A stretch of DNA of 64,000 nucleotides from assembly GCA_963676835.2 (NCBI GenBank), contig CAXXFF010000004.1:480001-544000 (forward strand). Reading direction: 5' to 3'. The translations under genes were made by a program, and so were the position numbers. Below are positions 36,778-47,440 of this stretch, piece after piece. Source of the DNA: Marispirochaeta sp. (lineage in GTDB: Bacteria > Spirochaetota > Spirochaetia > JC444 > Marispirochaetaceae). The notes under the pieces are model-generated. The model made no database searches. It was not told the origin of the DNA and saw nothing but the letters and a program-made list of their open reading frames with translations. The first letter of the stretch is position 1, and each line of letters begins with the position of its first letter.

Positions 36778-37996
36778 TAGTATCACCTCCATGCTGAAAC
36801 TCCCTGCTGACGATCCGGTTCTTGCCCTCTCTTTTGGCCGTATACAAGGCTTCATCAGCGTCCTGTATCAGCAACGCAGTATCCGGCATTTGTGCAACCC
36901 AGCCGCAGGCAAGACCGCCGCTCAGTGTTACTTTTTCCGATTGAACCCCTTTGCTATGAGTGATTCCCAGGGAAAATATATGCCGGCGGATACGCTCGGA
37001 TATATGCGCAGCCTCTTCGGGGTCAACTCCGGGAAGAAAAACGATAAACTCCTCTCCGCCGTAGCGGGCAATAAAGTCCCGTGAGCTTCGGAGGGTTTCA
37101 TTGATTCCTGCTGCCACCTTTTTCAGACAGTCATCACCTTCCTGATGTCCATATATATCATTATATTGTTTAAAGTTATCAATATCAAAGAGAATCACTC
37201 CCAGGAACTCTTTTCCAACCCCACCGGTCAGCCGCTCAAGGAAACTGTCCATGGAACGCCGATTTGGCACGCCCGTCAGAGGATCAATACTGGAAAGTTC
37301 CGCAAGTTCAATATTCTGGTCATGAAGGCGCATGGCATGGATACGTTCCCGCAGTGCCATCAGATAATTTGTGCGTATCTCTTTTTCTATTCGATAGTTG
37401 CCGACCAGAGAAATAATCACCGTAGAGCAGAAGTAGACAAGGTTGTTGATTTCAATTGTCCAGGAGCTGATATAAAAAAAGGGCAGCAGAAGAAGATAGA
37501 TAATAAAAATCCCCATGGAAACAAAAACTGCATGCCAGAAACGCACACGAACCACAATATTGGAAAAAATCAGCACCAGGGCAATGCCGGGATGATAGGA
37601 TGTGGTGAAAGGTGACCTGCTGAAAACCAACAAAAAGATCAGACTCAAGCCGGTCAGAAAGATCGCGATCGATTCAACCAGCTCCCGTACAAAAGGACGA
37701 GGATTCCGGTACTGAATGACCATTCCGATCATCATAACCGGAGAAATTACCAGCAGACGAACCAACAGTGCTGCTTTGAAAACATCATGGATCATGAAAT
37801 AATCTGAAAAAAGAAACAGATTATAGATAAGCAGGGCAAAAAAGCCGGCTATAAAAAGATGCCATGACCGTTCTTTGCGGGTATCTTCGTTAAAATACTC
37901 TTCAAGCCGCTGGGGAAAGATCAGCTTACGGGGAAACCTATGGAGAGTGTTGTCGACAACCGAGGCGAGGCTTTCGTTAACTGCGGAAGTATCCAT
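36770..37996 (-). CDS. Membrane-bound diguanylate cyclase
   Basis: About 6 TM segments; DPLTGVPNRR, DIDNFKQYNDIYGHQEGD, RYGGEEF, ADEALY.AK..GKN; start assigned at MDTSA. Confidence 0.9.
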   Translation of the reverse strand: MDTSAVNESLASVVDNTLHRFPRKLIFPQRLEEYFNEDTRKERSWHLFIAGFFALLIYNLFLFSDYFMIHDVFKAALLVRLLVISPVMMIGMVIQYRNPRPFVRELVESIAIFLTGLSLIFLLVFSRSPFTTSYHPGIALVLIFSNIVVRVRFWHAVFVSMGIFIIYLLLLPFFYISSWTIEINNLVYFCSTVIISLVGNYRIEKEIRTNYLMALRERIHAMRLHDQNIELAELSSIDPLTGVPNRRSMDSFLERLTGGVGKEFLGVILFDIDNFKQYNDIYGHQEGDDCLKKVAAGINETLRSSRDFIARYGGEEFIVFLPGVDPEEAAHISERIRRHIFSLGITHSKGVQSEKVTLSGGLACGWVAQMPDTALLIQDADEALYTAKREGKNRIVSREFQHGGDTNG

Positions 37997-38191
37997 GGTA
38001 CGCTTATAATTATACTGAAAAAAAACGGGTTCCGCCGAGTAATAAGAGAGAAAATTGGTTGAAAATATCTGTGATTGTATATCAGAGAGTCCCCATTCCA
38101 ATAGACGGGACCCTGTGATAAGTCCCGTTTCCGCATAAGAAAGTGTGACTTTTCTTCACCAAGGTTTTGGAACGGTTTTGTGTAATATCCG

Positions 38192-38221
38192 AAAAAAAGG
38201 CCGGGAGACTCATTCCCGGCC
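38192..38221 (-). terminator. Rho-independent terminator of the activase gene
   Basis: Minus strand GGCCGGGA-ATGAGTC-TCCCGGCC-TTTTTTT. Confidence 0.8.
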
Positions 38222-38248
38222 CTATTATGATTTAACCTGTAGAAGAGA

Positions 38249-41200
38249 TCAGCCCTTAAGTACCGGCTCCCGCTCTTCTTCCGCTGAGTTATCAGCTTCT
38301 TTAAGCGTGGAAGGATCATCCTTGATAATTACCCGGGAGAGCTTCTTCTCTTCAACTCCTTCATGCTCAATCATGGAATCCCCGGCCTCTTTATTACGGA
38401 ACCGGAGAACATTCAGCATGAATATTTCAAGCTTGCCCAGAGTTGACGGCGGCAGCAGGTTGCCGTCAATCTCCACGGACATTACCGGGAAGTTTCGTTC
38501 CCGCGCCCATGGGGTGTAGATGCCTTCAATTACGCGGCCGATAAGACAGGCAAAGGGAGAGATGTTCACAATTCCGGAGTAATCATCTTCCATGGCCGTA
38601 GCAGCTGCTGCAGTGGAAATGGTAATTTCCGATTTAAGCTCGTGGCTTACAAAGTGCTTTGATGCATTCTTCATAATCTTATACATGTCATGGGGAGTAT
38701 GGGGCACAAGACCGGTTTTGTTGAGAATTCCCATAATCCGGCTTTCAACCCACAGCTTGTAGCGCCGCTCAATGTGGAAGCGGATAAACCTGGCGAATAC
38801 AGGACTGAAATACCGCCGGTAGAAAGGAATAAGACTGAGACGTTTCTTGAGATCGTACTCTTTTACGAAATCAAGATACCAGATCCACTCGGTAATACCC
38901 GCAACCTTGGCCATAATTCCGTGGCTGGCAAACTCTCCAACCAGTTCGTCCACGGCGAAATCATCCCGGCGTACATATATTTCCCCGACAATCAGCACCT
39001 TGGGTACATCGTGAAGGTTCTTTTTCAGGGGGATCTTTGCAATTTCCTGAGCAATACCTGTCAGTGTGGGCAGCATTTTTGTTGCCCCCTGCCGTTCTGT
39101 AACCTCGATCAGCCGGGTCCAGATATGATCAAAGGTTTTCAGGGCTGCGGACGGGTCTTCCGCACAGGTTCTGAGGGCGGTTTCCACATCTTTCATATAG
39201 TCCGATGCAACAAAGGACCACCAGACCTGTTTGGTCAGTCCCGGACCGAGTTCATTATAGGAGTTGTCCGCATCCAGGGTAAAGACCACCACGTTTTCAA
39301 GCTGGAGATCCTTGAAGAGGTTCTGATAGAAGACAAAATACTGACCGGTACGGCAGGGCCCCCTGGTTGTGGGGACAAAGAGCATGTAGATCTCGTCCTT
39401 GCGGTACTGTTCGGAGTTGAAAAACTTCAGAGCACTTCCCAGAACAAGGTGACTGGGCACGCACTCTTTTCCGGATGCGTGGTTTCTGGCCATCTGCAGG
39501 GTAAGGTGATCCGCCACGGGCATGGCCATGGCGTTCCATCCGGCACCCCGCATGGCGGCGGCGGTCAACTCAACCCCGATACGGCCCATGTTGGAAAGCA
39601 GGACTTTTACCCTGGGGTTGTTTTTAATCTCTATCCGCTCTCCGGTCTGTTCGTTACGCACGTAAATATCGTCGCCGTTCTCGTTCATAAAGCGAAGGCC
39701 GTTATCGTAGCGCTGATCCCGCAGATCTTTAATCTTGGAACGGTAGCCTTCAATAATATCCAGGAAGGCTTCCACCCGGGTATCAACTCCCGCATCGGCG
39801 CTGTGGCTGTCCAGCTCGAGAATGAGGAAGGGCTTGATGCCCATAATCCACTTGAGGTAATGGAGCATAAAGCTGTCCGGTGCACAGCTGAAGTTGGTTA
39901 TCCAGGTCACATAGATATTGGGCTCGTCCTTCAGCAGCTCCGCAGCCTTCATATCGAGCTGACCGTAATACCAGTACATGTTGGGGAAGATTTCCCGGTC
40001 TTTCATTACCAGAATATCGAAGGGAACAACCGTAAATCCCCGGGAGGTAAACTTGCGGGGAATTCCCATATTGGCGTCCTGGGTAAAGGCGTTGTAGGGA
40101 CGGCCCAGGATTGCAATAACCGGTTCTTTCTGTTTGCGGGACCATTCCAGGGCTTCCTGTCCAAGGTCTTCGCACTGTTTAAAGTAGTTATTCTGCTTTG
40201 CCAGGGCTTTATCAAAAGCAGCCTGACCTTCCGCAGCGGTAAATCCAAGATCCTCCGCCAGGGTCTGAAAGTACTCTCCGGCCTTTTTCAAACCGTACAT
40301 CAGGCTGACCACGGGGCTGAGAATGCGTTTTTCCTCAATTTCGGGGAAAGCTTTCTTTATATAGTACGGCAGGGTCTGGGTTATGGGGCAGAAGTTTCCG
40401 GGCATTCCCTCTTCCATGGTTTCGAGATCACGGAAGTGAGGAAGAAAGAGGTAGTCTGCTCCCTTGTCGATCATATCCTGTACCGCGCCATGGGCTATTT
40501 CCGCGGGGAAACAGTAGGCGGACTCCGTTCGCGCAGAACCCTCGGCGCTGATCTCTTCGCTGAGGACAGTTTCAACTCCCAGCTCGTGGAAATACCAGCT
40601 GTAGAGAGGCCAGAGGGTGTAGACGGAAAAGGCTTTGGGAACGCCTACTATGTAATCCCGGCGCTTGTTGAGAGATGCCTTATCGGGAACACAGGTTTCA
40701 AAAAGCAGCTTGTTCCGCTCGGCAACCCAGTCGCGGACCGAATCTTCTTCTACAACCTTCTTTCTGCGCATATTGGCATACTTGTTACAGCGGCCGCCGA
40801 ACATATATTTGTGTCCGTTTACATTCAGAACCTTGACGGGGCAGTAGTTATCACAGCTGCCGCACTTGAATTCCCGTTCGTAAACAATCTCTGAATCAAG
40901 AATTGCATCCAGATCAAAGCTGCCCTCTTCAAGGAGGCCGTCATTGAACTTCTGCTGGGCCAGCAGGGCAACGCCGAAACATCCCATTAGTTCCGGGTCC
41001 GGGGGAACAAGAATATCCTTGTTCAAAAGCATGGCAAAGGCCATGGGAACCGCCCGGTTTTTGGCAACGCCCCCCTGGAGAACTATCCGCTGACCAATGG
41101 TTCTGTTTCCAACAACCCGGTTCAGATAGTTTGAGACAATAGAGGTAATAAGCCCGGCGGTAATATCTTCTCTGCCGGCACCCTGCTGGATAGCATTACG

Positions 41201-42634
41201 GATGTCGGAGTTGATAAAGGCGGAACAGTGTTCACCGAATTTAAGAGGCTCCGCTGCAGCAATGGCTATGTCCGCAATGTCCTCAACATGTTTGATATTG
41301 AGGTCTCCCGCGGCAGACTCTTCAAGAAAACTTCCGGTACCGGCGGAACAGGCCTCGTTCATGGCATAGTCGATGGGCACCTTGTTCTGAAGATGCACAT
41401 ATTTGGCATCCTGCCCGCCTATTTCGAAGATGGTATCGATATTGTCATCGTAGAATGTGGTTCCCACCGCATGGGCGATAATCTCATTATAAATACCCGG
41501 AGTTTCAAGGAAAACTCCCAGAATTTCCCGGGAGGATCCGGTAGTCGCAGCAAGACGGATTTTAACGGTCTCATCCCCTATGGACTCTTTAATCTGTTTC
41601 TTGAGCTCGACAATACAGCCTTTGAGGGCTTTGACCGGATCTCCGTGAGTACGGCCGTAAAAGCTGGCGGCAACCTCATGGGTTTCCGCATCGATAAGGC
41701 AGGCTTTGGTGGTGGTCGATCCGCCGTCAACACCGAGAATATACTCTCTGCCGGATTTTACCGTACCTTTCCGGCTGGGAATAAAGGTTACCTTGTCTTC
41801 GGCAGTTTTAAGACTTTTGAAACGGCTGAAGGCTATCCTGGATTCTTTGACCAGTTCTTCCATGGAGGGAAGTACGGAACCGCTCTCTTCCGCAATTATT
41901 GCCGCACCAAAGGCTTCAAAATAACCTGCTTCGTCGGGAACGATAAACTCCACTTCCGGCAGTTTTTTGCGAATAAACTCAATTATATGGCTGTTGAGGG
42001 TAATACCACCGGTTAAAAGGACCCGGCCGGAGCTGATACGGGCTTTTTTGAGAAAGTCCATTACCTTGGTTGCCATAACATCGGAAAGGGAGAGAACAAT
42101 GTCCCCCTTGGTGGCTTCGCCCTTGTTCAAACGGTGGGTACAGTCGGATTTCATAAAAACAGAACAGCGGCTGGAGAGCTTACAGACCTTACTTTCTTCG
42201 GGGATTGAGTTAATATCCCCGATCTTCATATCCATACGTCCCAGCTGCTGCTGAAAGAACTCACCGGTTCCGCTGAAACACTTGTTCCCGGTGAAACTTG
42301 TTATAATGCGGTTCTCACTATCAATGGTGTAGACCACCAGGTTCTCACCACCCATGGCAACCACAGCCTGAACATCCTTCTCTCCAAGATGATTGAGGGC
42401 GGCCTCTATGCAGAGGGGTTCGATTGCAGTATTTACATTAACCAGATGACGGCCTTCAGTCCCGGTTGCCAGGGCCATAACCTTATCAGGGAGATCCCTG
42501 GACTGAAGAATTTTGCGCAGTGTATCGATAAAATTCCCCTCATGGGGCTCGACTACATTCCAGACAACCTTTCCCCCATCCATCATGGTAACCTTGACGG
42601 AGGTAGAACCTATATTAATCCCGAGACTGTTCAT
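38249..42634 (-). CDS. Acyl-CoA dehydratase activase-like multidomain protein (2x BadF/BadG/BcrA/BcrD ATPase + DUF2229)
   Basis: GINIGSTSVK and GVDGGSTTTK ASKHA motifs; CFSGTG/CSAGTG and RCSVF/HCSAF Fe-S cysteines; YCFPAEIAHG, GRPYN, NFSCAPDS, GKECVP, GPCRTGQY. Confidence 0.88.
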   Translation of the reverse strand: MNSLGINIGSTSVKVTMMDGGKVVWNVVEPHEGNFIDTLRKILQSRDLPDKVMALATGTEGRHLVNVNTAIEPLCIEAALNHLGEKDVQAVVAMGGENLVVYTIDSENRIITSFTGNKCFSGTGEFFQQQLGRMDMKIGDINSIPEESKVCKLSSRCSVFMKSDCTHRLNKGEATKGDIVLSLSDVMATKVMDFLKKARISSGRVLLTGGITLNSHIIEFIRKKLPEVEFIVPDEAGYFEAFGAAIIAEESGSVLPSMEELVKESRIAFSRFKSLKTAEDKVTFIPSRKGTVKSGREYILGVDGGSTTTKACLIDAETHEVAASFYGRTHGDPVKALKGCIVELKKQIKESIGDETVKIRLAATTGSSREILGVFLETPGIYNEIIAHAVGTTFYDDNIDTIFEIGGQDAKYVHLQNKVPIDYAMNEACSAGTGSFLEESAAGDLNIKHVEDIADIAIAAAEPLKFGEHCSAFINSDIRNAIQQGAGREDITAGLITSIVSNYLNRVVGNRTIGQRIVLQGGVAKNRAVPMAFAMLLNKDILVPPDPELMGCFGVALLAQQKFNDGLLEEGSFDLDAILDSEIVYEREFKCGSCDNYCPVKVLNVNGHKYMFGGRCNKYANMRRKKVVEEDSVRDWVAERNKLLFETCVPDKASLNKRRDYIVGVPKAFSVYTLWPLYSWYFHELGVETVLSEEISAEGSARTESAYCFPAEIAHGAVQDMIDKGADYLFLPHFRDLETMEEGMPGNFCPITQTLPYYIKKAFPEIEEKRILSPVVSLMYGLKKAGEYFQTLAEDLGFTAAEGQAAFDKALAKQNNYFKQCEDLGQEALEWSRKQKEPVIAILGRPYNAFTQDANMGIPRKFTSRGFTVVPFDILVMKDREIFPNMYWYYGQLDMKAAELLKDEPNIYVTWITNFSCAPDSFMLHYLKWIMGIKPFLILELDSHSADAGVDTRVEAFLDIIEGYRSKIKDLRDQRYDNGLRFMNENGDDIYVRNEQTGERIEIKNNPRVKVLLSNMGRIGVELTAAAMRGAGWNAMAMPVADHLTLQMARNHASGKECVPSHLVLGSALKFFNSEQYRKDEIYMLFVPTTRGPCRTGQYFVFYQNLFKDLQLENVVVFTLDADNSYNELGPGLTKQVWWSFVASDYMKDVETALRTCAEDPSAALKTFDHIWTRLIEVTERQGATKMLPTLTGIAQEIAKIPLKKNLHDVPKVLIVGEIYVRRDDFAVDELVGEFASHGIMAKVAGITEWIWYLDFVKEYDLKKRLSLIPFYRRYFSPVFARFIRFHIERRYKLWVESRIMGILNKTGLVPHTPHDMYKIMKNASKHFVSHELKSEITISTAAAATAMEDDYSGIVNISPFACLIGRVIEGIYTPWARERNFPVMSVEIDGNLLPPSTLGKLEIFMLNVLRFRNKEAGDSMIEHEGVEEKKLSRVIIKDDPSTLKEADNSAEEEREPVLKG

Positions 42635-42754
42635 GGCTGTTTTTCCTATTGCATTTCAAGAACCGTTACCGGCAGCATATTTAAGAATCATTCTTAACGC
42701 GCTACGCACGATAAAATATAATCTCACATACATCTGGGCTGTGCAAGTAGCTGT

Positions 42755-44503
42755 TTACAGTGCACTCCGTTTTTCCAGATAAGAAGATATTATCATATTC
42801 CGGGTAATATATCCCGTAATTTCTCCTTTTTCCCTGGCAACAAGAATACTGCAGTGAAGCTGTTTCATGCGGTCCAGGGCCTCCACCAGATTCCGCTCTG
42901 CAGAAATTGAGATGTTCCTTCTGGTATACAGGCCGTCAATGGTTTCCGACGGTTCGACACAGGCTTTATACAGCTCTTCGTAGCTGATCGTTCCCAGAAG
43001 TCGGCCGTCTTCAAGTACCGGAAGAATCCCCAGAGACTTGCTGTGCATAATCTCAAGGACTTTCTCAATGGTCTGATTCGGAGAGCAAAACAGCAGCTCA
43101 TTGCGCAGAATATCAGCAACCTGCATGGTTTTGAAAATGGGGATCTTTTTATCCAGCTGAATCATAATGCCCCGGCGGGTCAGTTTCTTGGTATAGATAG
43201 TCTCACCGTAAAACCGGGCGCTTATAAAATGTGCAACCACAACACTGAGCATGAGGGGCAGCATAATGTTATAGTTTCTGGTCATCTCAAAGATCATAAT
43301 TATTGCGGTAAGGCTGGCTCCGGTTACTCCGGAAACCATGGCAGCCATTCCCACAATTGCATAGGCGGATGGCCGGGCGGTAACATCCGGAAAAAACTCA
43401 TTTACAAGAAGCCCCAAAGCCGCACCCGTAGCGGCTCCCAGAAAAAGGGAGGGTGCAAAGATACCGCCGCTGCCCCCGGATGCGAGCGTTAGAGAGGCTG
43501 CAAGAATTTTAAGGACAATCAGTCCCAGAACCACCAGCAGATGAGGATGGGCATTGGAGAGAATCTCAGAAAGAAAAGCATAGCCCACACCGAAAACATA
43601 GTACTGTCCAAGCACCTTCAGACAGAAGAGTCCGATACTGCCGACAAGTATGCCCCCGGCAACTGCCTTGACGGTTGCATGTACACGAATACGGTCAAAA
43701 AGATCTTCAACGGCATAAAGAGAGCGAATAAACCCGATCGCAATAAAACCGGCTGCAAGACCCAGAACAAGATAGAAGATAAGCTCCCAGGATGAGACAA
43801 AGGAGTACATGGGCAAAATAAACGCAGGGCTTGCCCCGAGAATGAGAATGGAAATATGAGTGGCAATTATGGAAGAGATGACCAGAGGCATAATAGTCAT
43901 AATGCTGTATTCAGGCAGAACCAGTTCAAGGGCAAACATAATACCCCCGATAGGAGCGTTAAAGGTACCGCCGATACTGCCTGCCACACCGGCTCCCACA
44001 AGAATGATCACCTCCCGGGGAGCAAGCTTCAACATCTGCCCCAGAGAAGAACCGAAGCTTGCGCCTATCTGCACAATTGGCCCTTCCCTCCCCACGGAAC
44101 CTCCGGAGCCGATGGTAATGGCAGAAGCCAGAGATTTAACCAGGGCAACTACAGGACGAATCTTTCCCCGGTTCTCCATAACAGCCGCCATCACCTCCGG
44201 AACACCATGCCCTTTTGCCTCCGGGGCAAAGCGCCGGGTAAGCCAGTCCGCCAGGGCAATACCCACGGCGGGAACCAGAACGACAAGCCAGCCCCAGCGG
44301 CTTATAAAAGGTTCTTCAGAATTATAGCAGACACAGAAAGTTCCATGAAAAAACAGGTTATGAAAAAAACCGATAAGGTAGCGGAACAGTACAGCACCGA
44401 ATCCGGAGATTATCCCCACCAGCACTGCGAGAAAACTGATAACAAAGGTACGGTGCAGCCGTTCAAAATCTTCATCTTTCTGGTACAGATCATTGGTATT
44501 CAT
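42755..44503 (-). CDS. CLC chloride channel/antiporter with C-terminal CBS domains
   Basis: GHGVPE, GSVGREGP, FNAPIGG, FALE, GGIFAP motifs; CBS pair at C-terminus. Confidence 0.93.
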   Translation of the reverse strand: MNTNDLYQKDEDFERLHRTFVISFLAVLVGIISGFGAVLFRYLIGFFHNLFFHGTFCVCYNSEEPFISRWGWLVVLVPAVGIALADWLTRRFAPEAKGHGVPEVMAAVMENRGKIRPVVALVKSLASAITIGSGGSVGREGPIVQIGASFGSSLGQMLKLAPREVIILVGAGVAGSIGGTFNAPIGGIMFALELVLPEYSIMTIMPLVISSIIATHISILILGASPAFILPMYSFVSSWELIFYLVLGLAAGFIAIGFIRSLYAVEDLFDRIRVHATVKAVAGGILVGSIGLFCLKVLGQYYVFGVGYAFLSEILSNAHPHLLVVLGLIVLKILAASLTLASGGSGGIFAPSLFLGAATGAALGLLVNEFFPDVTARPSAYAIVGMAAMVSGVTGASLTAIIMIFEMTRNYNIMLPLMLSVVVAHFISARFYGETIYTKKLTRRGIMIQLDKKIPIFKTMQVADILRNELLFCSPNQTIEKVLEIMHSKSLGILPVLEDGRLLGTISYEELYKACVEPSETIDGLYTRRNISISAERNLVEALDRMKQLHCSILVAREKGEITGYITRNMIISSYLEKRSAL

Positions 44504-44811
44504 TAAAGAGTCTCACTTTTCTCACCATATAAAGGATGCGGTGCATACTATTACGGGCAAGCTAATTTTCCAGCTACTGGATTTTCAAATACCGGAGGGA
44601 ATTACTGGAAGCCAGAAATCCGCGGTTCGGAATTGCGGTGCCGCCTGGATACTGTTCGAATAGACCGGAGAATCACGGAAAACCGGGACACCGATAAACC
44701 TGAACAAAAGGAGAACGCCGGAAGAACCCCGGCGTAGGACCCCATTACAGGTGGTCAGACCACTTCTTTACTGTACCATGGATTCTGTGAGGAGAAAAGG
44801 ATTTTTTAGTA

Positions 44812-45663
44812 TCAGTGCTGATCGGGACTTTTCAGACGGGAGAGTACTTTCTCAAAGGAAGGCAGCTCGGTTTCGCCCTTGAAAGAAGCAATTCTATCAT
44901 AGACATCGCGGGCGGCAAGGTGGAAGCCTCCGGGCAGACCGGCAGCAGAGAAGGTAGCAGAAATCTCCTCCATTTCGCCGGAAAAGCGCCATGCCTTGGC
45001 GGTAACCTTGCGTACTTTTTCAACAACCTCATTATAATAGGCGGAACCGTTCCGGCTCCACTGCCGCTTGAGATCATCCATAACCCCCAGAGATTCCGCT
45101 GCAGCGCTGACAGCACAGAGCAGGGCAATGGTTCCCTTGGTATTGGCGGCAAAACAGATCTTGAGAGCTGAAGCCTTGCCCGGTTCATCCCCGATGACCT
45201 CTGTTTCCAGGGGGCCGTCACGAAAACAGTCGGCAACAGTCGCGGCCTCTTTACCGGACAGATAGAGCCAGGTGGAATTACTTGTCCATGCGGGCAGGCC
45301 GATAATACCGCCATCGACATAGCGGGCGCCGGCGGCAGTGACAATCTCTCCCACTTCAAGAGAATGTTCTGGAGACACGGCGTTTACATCGGCATAAATA
45401 CCGGGAAACCCCAGGGATGCAACCTGCCGGGCAAGGTCGAGTGCCGCATGCGGCGGGCAGACACTTACAATAATTTCACAATATTCACAGAACTCTTTAA
45501 GGGATGCAAAGGCTTTGAGGCCGTACTTTTCGGCCCGCATTCTGGTTTCACTGCTGCGGCCTTCGCTGACCCAGCAGGAAATGCAGCCGGTTTCCACCGC
45601 AGAAGAGGCGAGAGAAATACCCATGGCTCCGGGATGCAGAAAACCGATCCGAACCTGCTTCAT
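44812..45663 (-). CDS. NAD(P)-dependent oxidoreductase (6PGDH/3-hydroxyisobutyrate DH-like, DUF1932)
   Basis: GFLHPGAMG, SVCPP, DVNAVSP, VDGGIIG, ASALK, KAWRFSGEMEEI; AAGGAG SD. Confidence 0.85.
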   Translation of the reverse strand: MKQVRIGFLHPGAMGISLASSAVETGCISCWVSEGRSSETRMRAEKYGLKAFASLKEFCEYCEIIVSVCPPHAALDLARQVASLGFPGIYADVNAVSPEHSLEVGEIVTAAGARYVDGGIIGLPAWTSNSTWLYLSGKEAATVADCFRDGPLETEVIGDEPGKASALKICFAANTKGTIALLCAVSAAAESLGVMDDLKRQWSRNGSAYYNEVVEKVRKVTAKAWRFSGEMEEISATFSAAGLPGGFHLAARDVYDRIASFKGETELPSFEKVLSRLKSPDQH

Positions 45664-45705
45664 ACCTTTACTCCTTCTGCTCTTCGGCAGTGTCAACAAA
45701 GACTA

Positions 45706-47328
45706 TCAGCTTTCAGTCAGCTGCTGCATTGTAGATTTGAGACTGCCTACATACTCATTGTTTTCATTGCCGATTTTTCTTACCCCTTCCGCCTCGGCAA
45801 CAATACCGTCGGCAATCATGGTAAGCTTGAGAAGATCATCGGACAAAAGCCTGATTATCCGGTGTATCTGTTCCTGACTTTTCAGCCCCTTCTCAAGCTT
45901 CACCTCCATATTCTGGAGAGAGTCGATTACCTCATCATTCATGGAGGAGAGGTTTTCAGTAGATCTGGTTATGGCATCCGATTCGCTTACAAGAGCCCGT
46001 ACCCGGCCGCTGATCTGTCCGATAGCATCCTTAATGGTGCCAACTTTATTTGCCACGTCGGTATAGGTAGCTTTCAAGCCGGCACTCTGGGCAACGGTTG
46101 CATCAATCTGATCTTTGGTACCTTCCAGGGTTTTTCGTACGGCCTCTGAGTTCTGATTGGTCTCTTCAGAGAGCTTGCGGATCTCTTCGGCTACTACCGC
46201 AAAGCCCTTACCCGCCTCACCGGCATGGGCAGCTTCGATGGCGGCGTTCATGGCAAGCATATTTGTTCTGCCTGCAATTCCGTCGATAACATCAATTATT
46301 TCGAGGATTTCCGATGTATACCGGCCGATCTCCTCTACCTTGTTTGAAGTCTCTTCCGCCTGACTCACACTCTCATCCGCGGTGTTAATGAGATCATCCA
46401 CAACAGAGTTTTTCTCTTCAATCTCTTTCCGAATCCGTTCAGCATGAGAGAGTATAGCCCGGGTTGCATCTACCGTTGAATTAATGGCGGAAGACTGATT
46501 CTCGATGCTTCCCCGCACCTTATCCCGGGCATCGGCTACACCGGTATTCACATCCGCTGCGGTTTCTGAACTTTCCGTCAGCTCCCCGATTCTGACCTCC
46601 ATGGAGCCCACACTGGAGCGCATTTCATTGGAGGTTTCAACGGTATTGTGGGCTGAAGTAGAAAGAGCTTCCCCGATATTCAGGGCATCCGAAACGGTAT
46701 CCACCGCATTCTGCAGCCGGTCCAGCCTCTCCAGCGATTCAAGTCTGTCCTTTTCCATGATTTTGAAACTTCGCTGCTGCATACAGAAAAGCTGAATTAC
46801 AAAAATTCCGGAAAAAACACTTAAAAGAAATGCGGCGCCCATTTCCTGAAAAACAACCGCTTGTTCGACAGTACTGATAATGGGCACCACTTTAACTGTA
46901 AAGAGAGCTCCCTCTGTAAGCAGGATCAGACCTACGATGGTATATATCTGCCAGGTGGCATAGGCAAACAGGGACGAACTGAGCATAACCGGGATAAAAT
47001 AGGTGGGCAAAGCGAAAAGCTCCAGCTCCGAGACAATATCGCGAATAAAAAAGAGGCCCGCCGCGGCTGAATAAAACAGAAAGATATTAACCACCGAAAC
47101 TATTTTAAACCTGCCCTTAAAAAGGAAAAAAATACCGAGACCAAGAACAGCACTTACCCCGAGTTCCCCGAGTCCCATGGCAACATGCCCGCCGGAAAGC
47201 CGCAGAATTGCCAGGATCAGAAATCCCCAGAAAATAAACGCGTTTACAAGAAACAGGGCAACAGCCTTTTCCTGTATAACTATCCCCGAATGAGAGTAAA
47301 CACTGCGAAGCTTCTTCAGGATATTCAT
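45706..47328 (-). CDS. Methyl-accepting chemotaxis protein with multi-TM sensor
   Basis: [38 protein letters not shown]; about 6 TM segments; GGAGG SD before ATG 47328. Confidence 0.93.
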   Translation of the reverse strand: MNILKKLRSVYSHSGIVIQEKAVALFLVNAFIFWGFLILAILRLSGGHVAMGLGELGVSAVLGLGIFFLFKGRFKIVSVVNIFLFYSAAAGLFFIRDIVSELELFALPTYFIPVMLSSSLFAYATWQIYTIVGLILLTEGALFTVKVVPIISTVEQAVVFQEMGAAFLLSVFSGIFVIQLFCMQQRSFKIMEKDRLESLERLDRLQNAVDTVSDALNIGEALSTSAHNTVETSNEMRSSVGSMEVRIGELTESSETAADVNTGVADARDKVRGSIENQSSAINSTVDATRAILSHAERIRKEIEEKNSVVDDLINTADESVSQAEETSNKVEEIGRYTSEILEIIDVIDGIAGRTNMLAMNAAIEAAHAGEAGKGFAVVAEEIRKLSEETNQNSEAVRKTLEGTKDQIDATVAQSAGLKATYTDVANKVGTIKDAIGQISGRVRALVSESDAITRSTENLSSMNDEVIDSLQNMEVKLEKGLKSQEQIHRIIRLLSDDLLKLTMIADGIVAEAEGVRKIGNENNEYVGSLKSTMQQLTES

Positions 47329-47399
47329 GCAACCTCCGGAAAATACCTGTTTTGGATTTAAATACACATATTGATTATATCATCGGAACAAATAATCGG

Positions 47400-47426
47400 A
47401 AAAAAGAACCCGTTACGAGCTCTTCT
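47400..47426 (-). terminator. Probable terminator
   Basis: Minus strand AAGAGCTCG-TAA-CGGGTTCTT-TTTT. Confidence 0.6.
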
Positions 47427-47440
47427 CATCATTTAATAAT

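Noticed and set aside
38690..40894. 734-aa ORF antisense to the activase gene (and other long antisense ORFs such as 15688-16941, 49661-50785, 56815-57642)
   Set aside because: Shadow ORFs of well-supported genes; no recognisable motifs
42755..44503. CLC as a fluoride exporter with a crcB riboswitch
   Set aside because: Has GHGVP/GREGP rather than the CLC-F GNNLI/GREGT motifs; no fluoride-riboswitch consensus seen upstream
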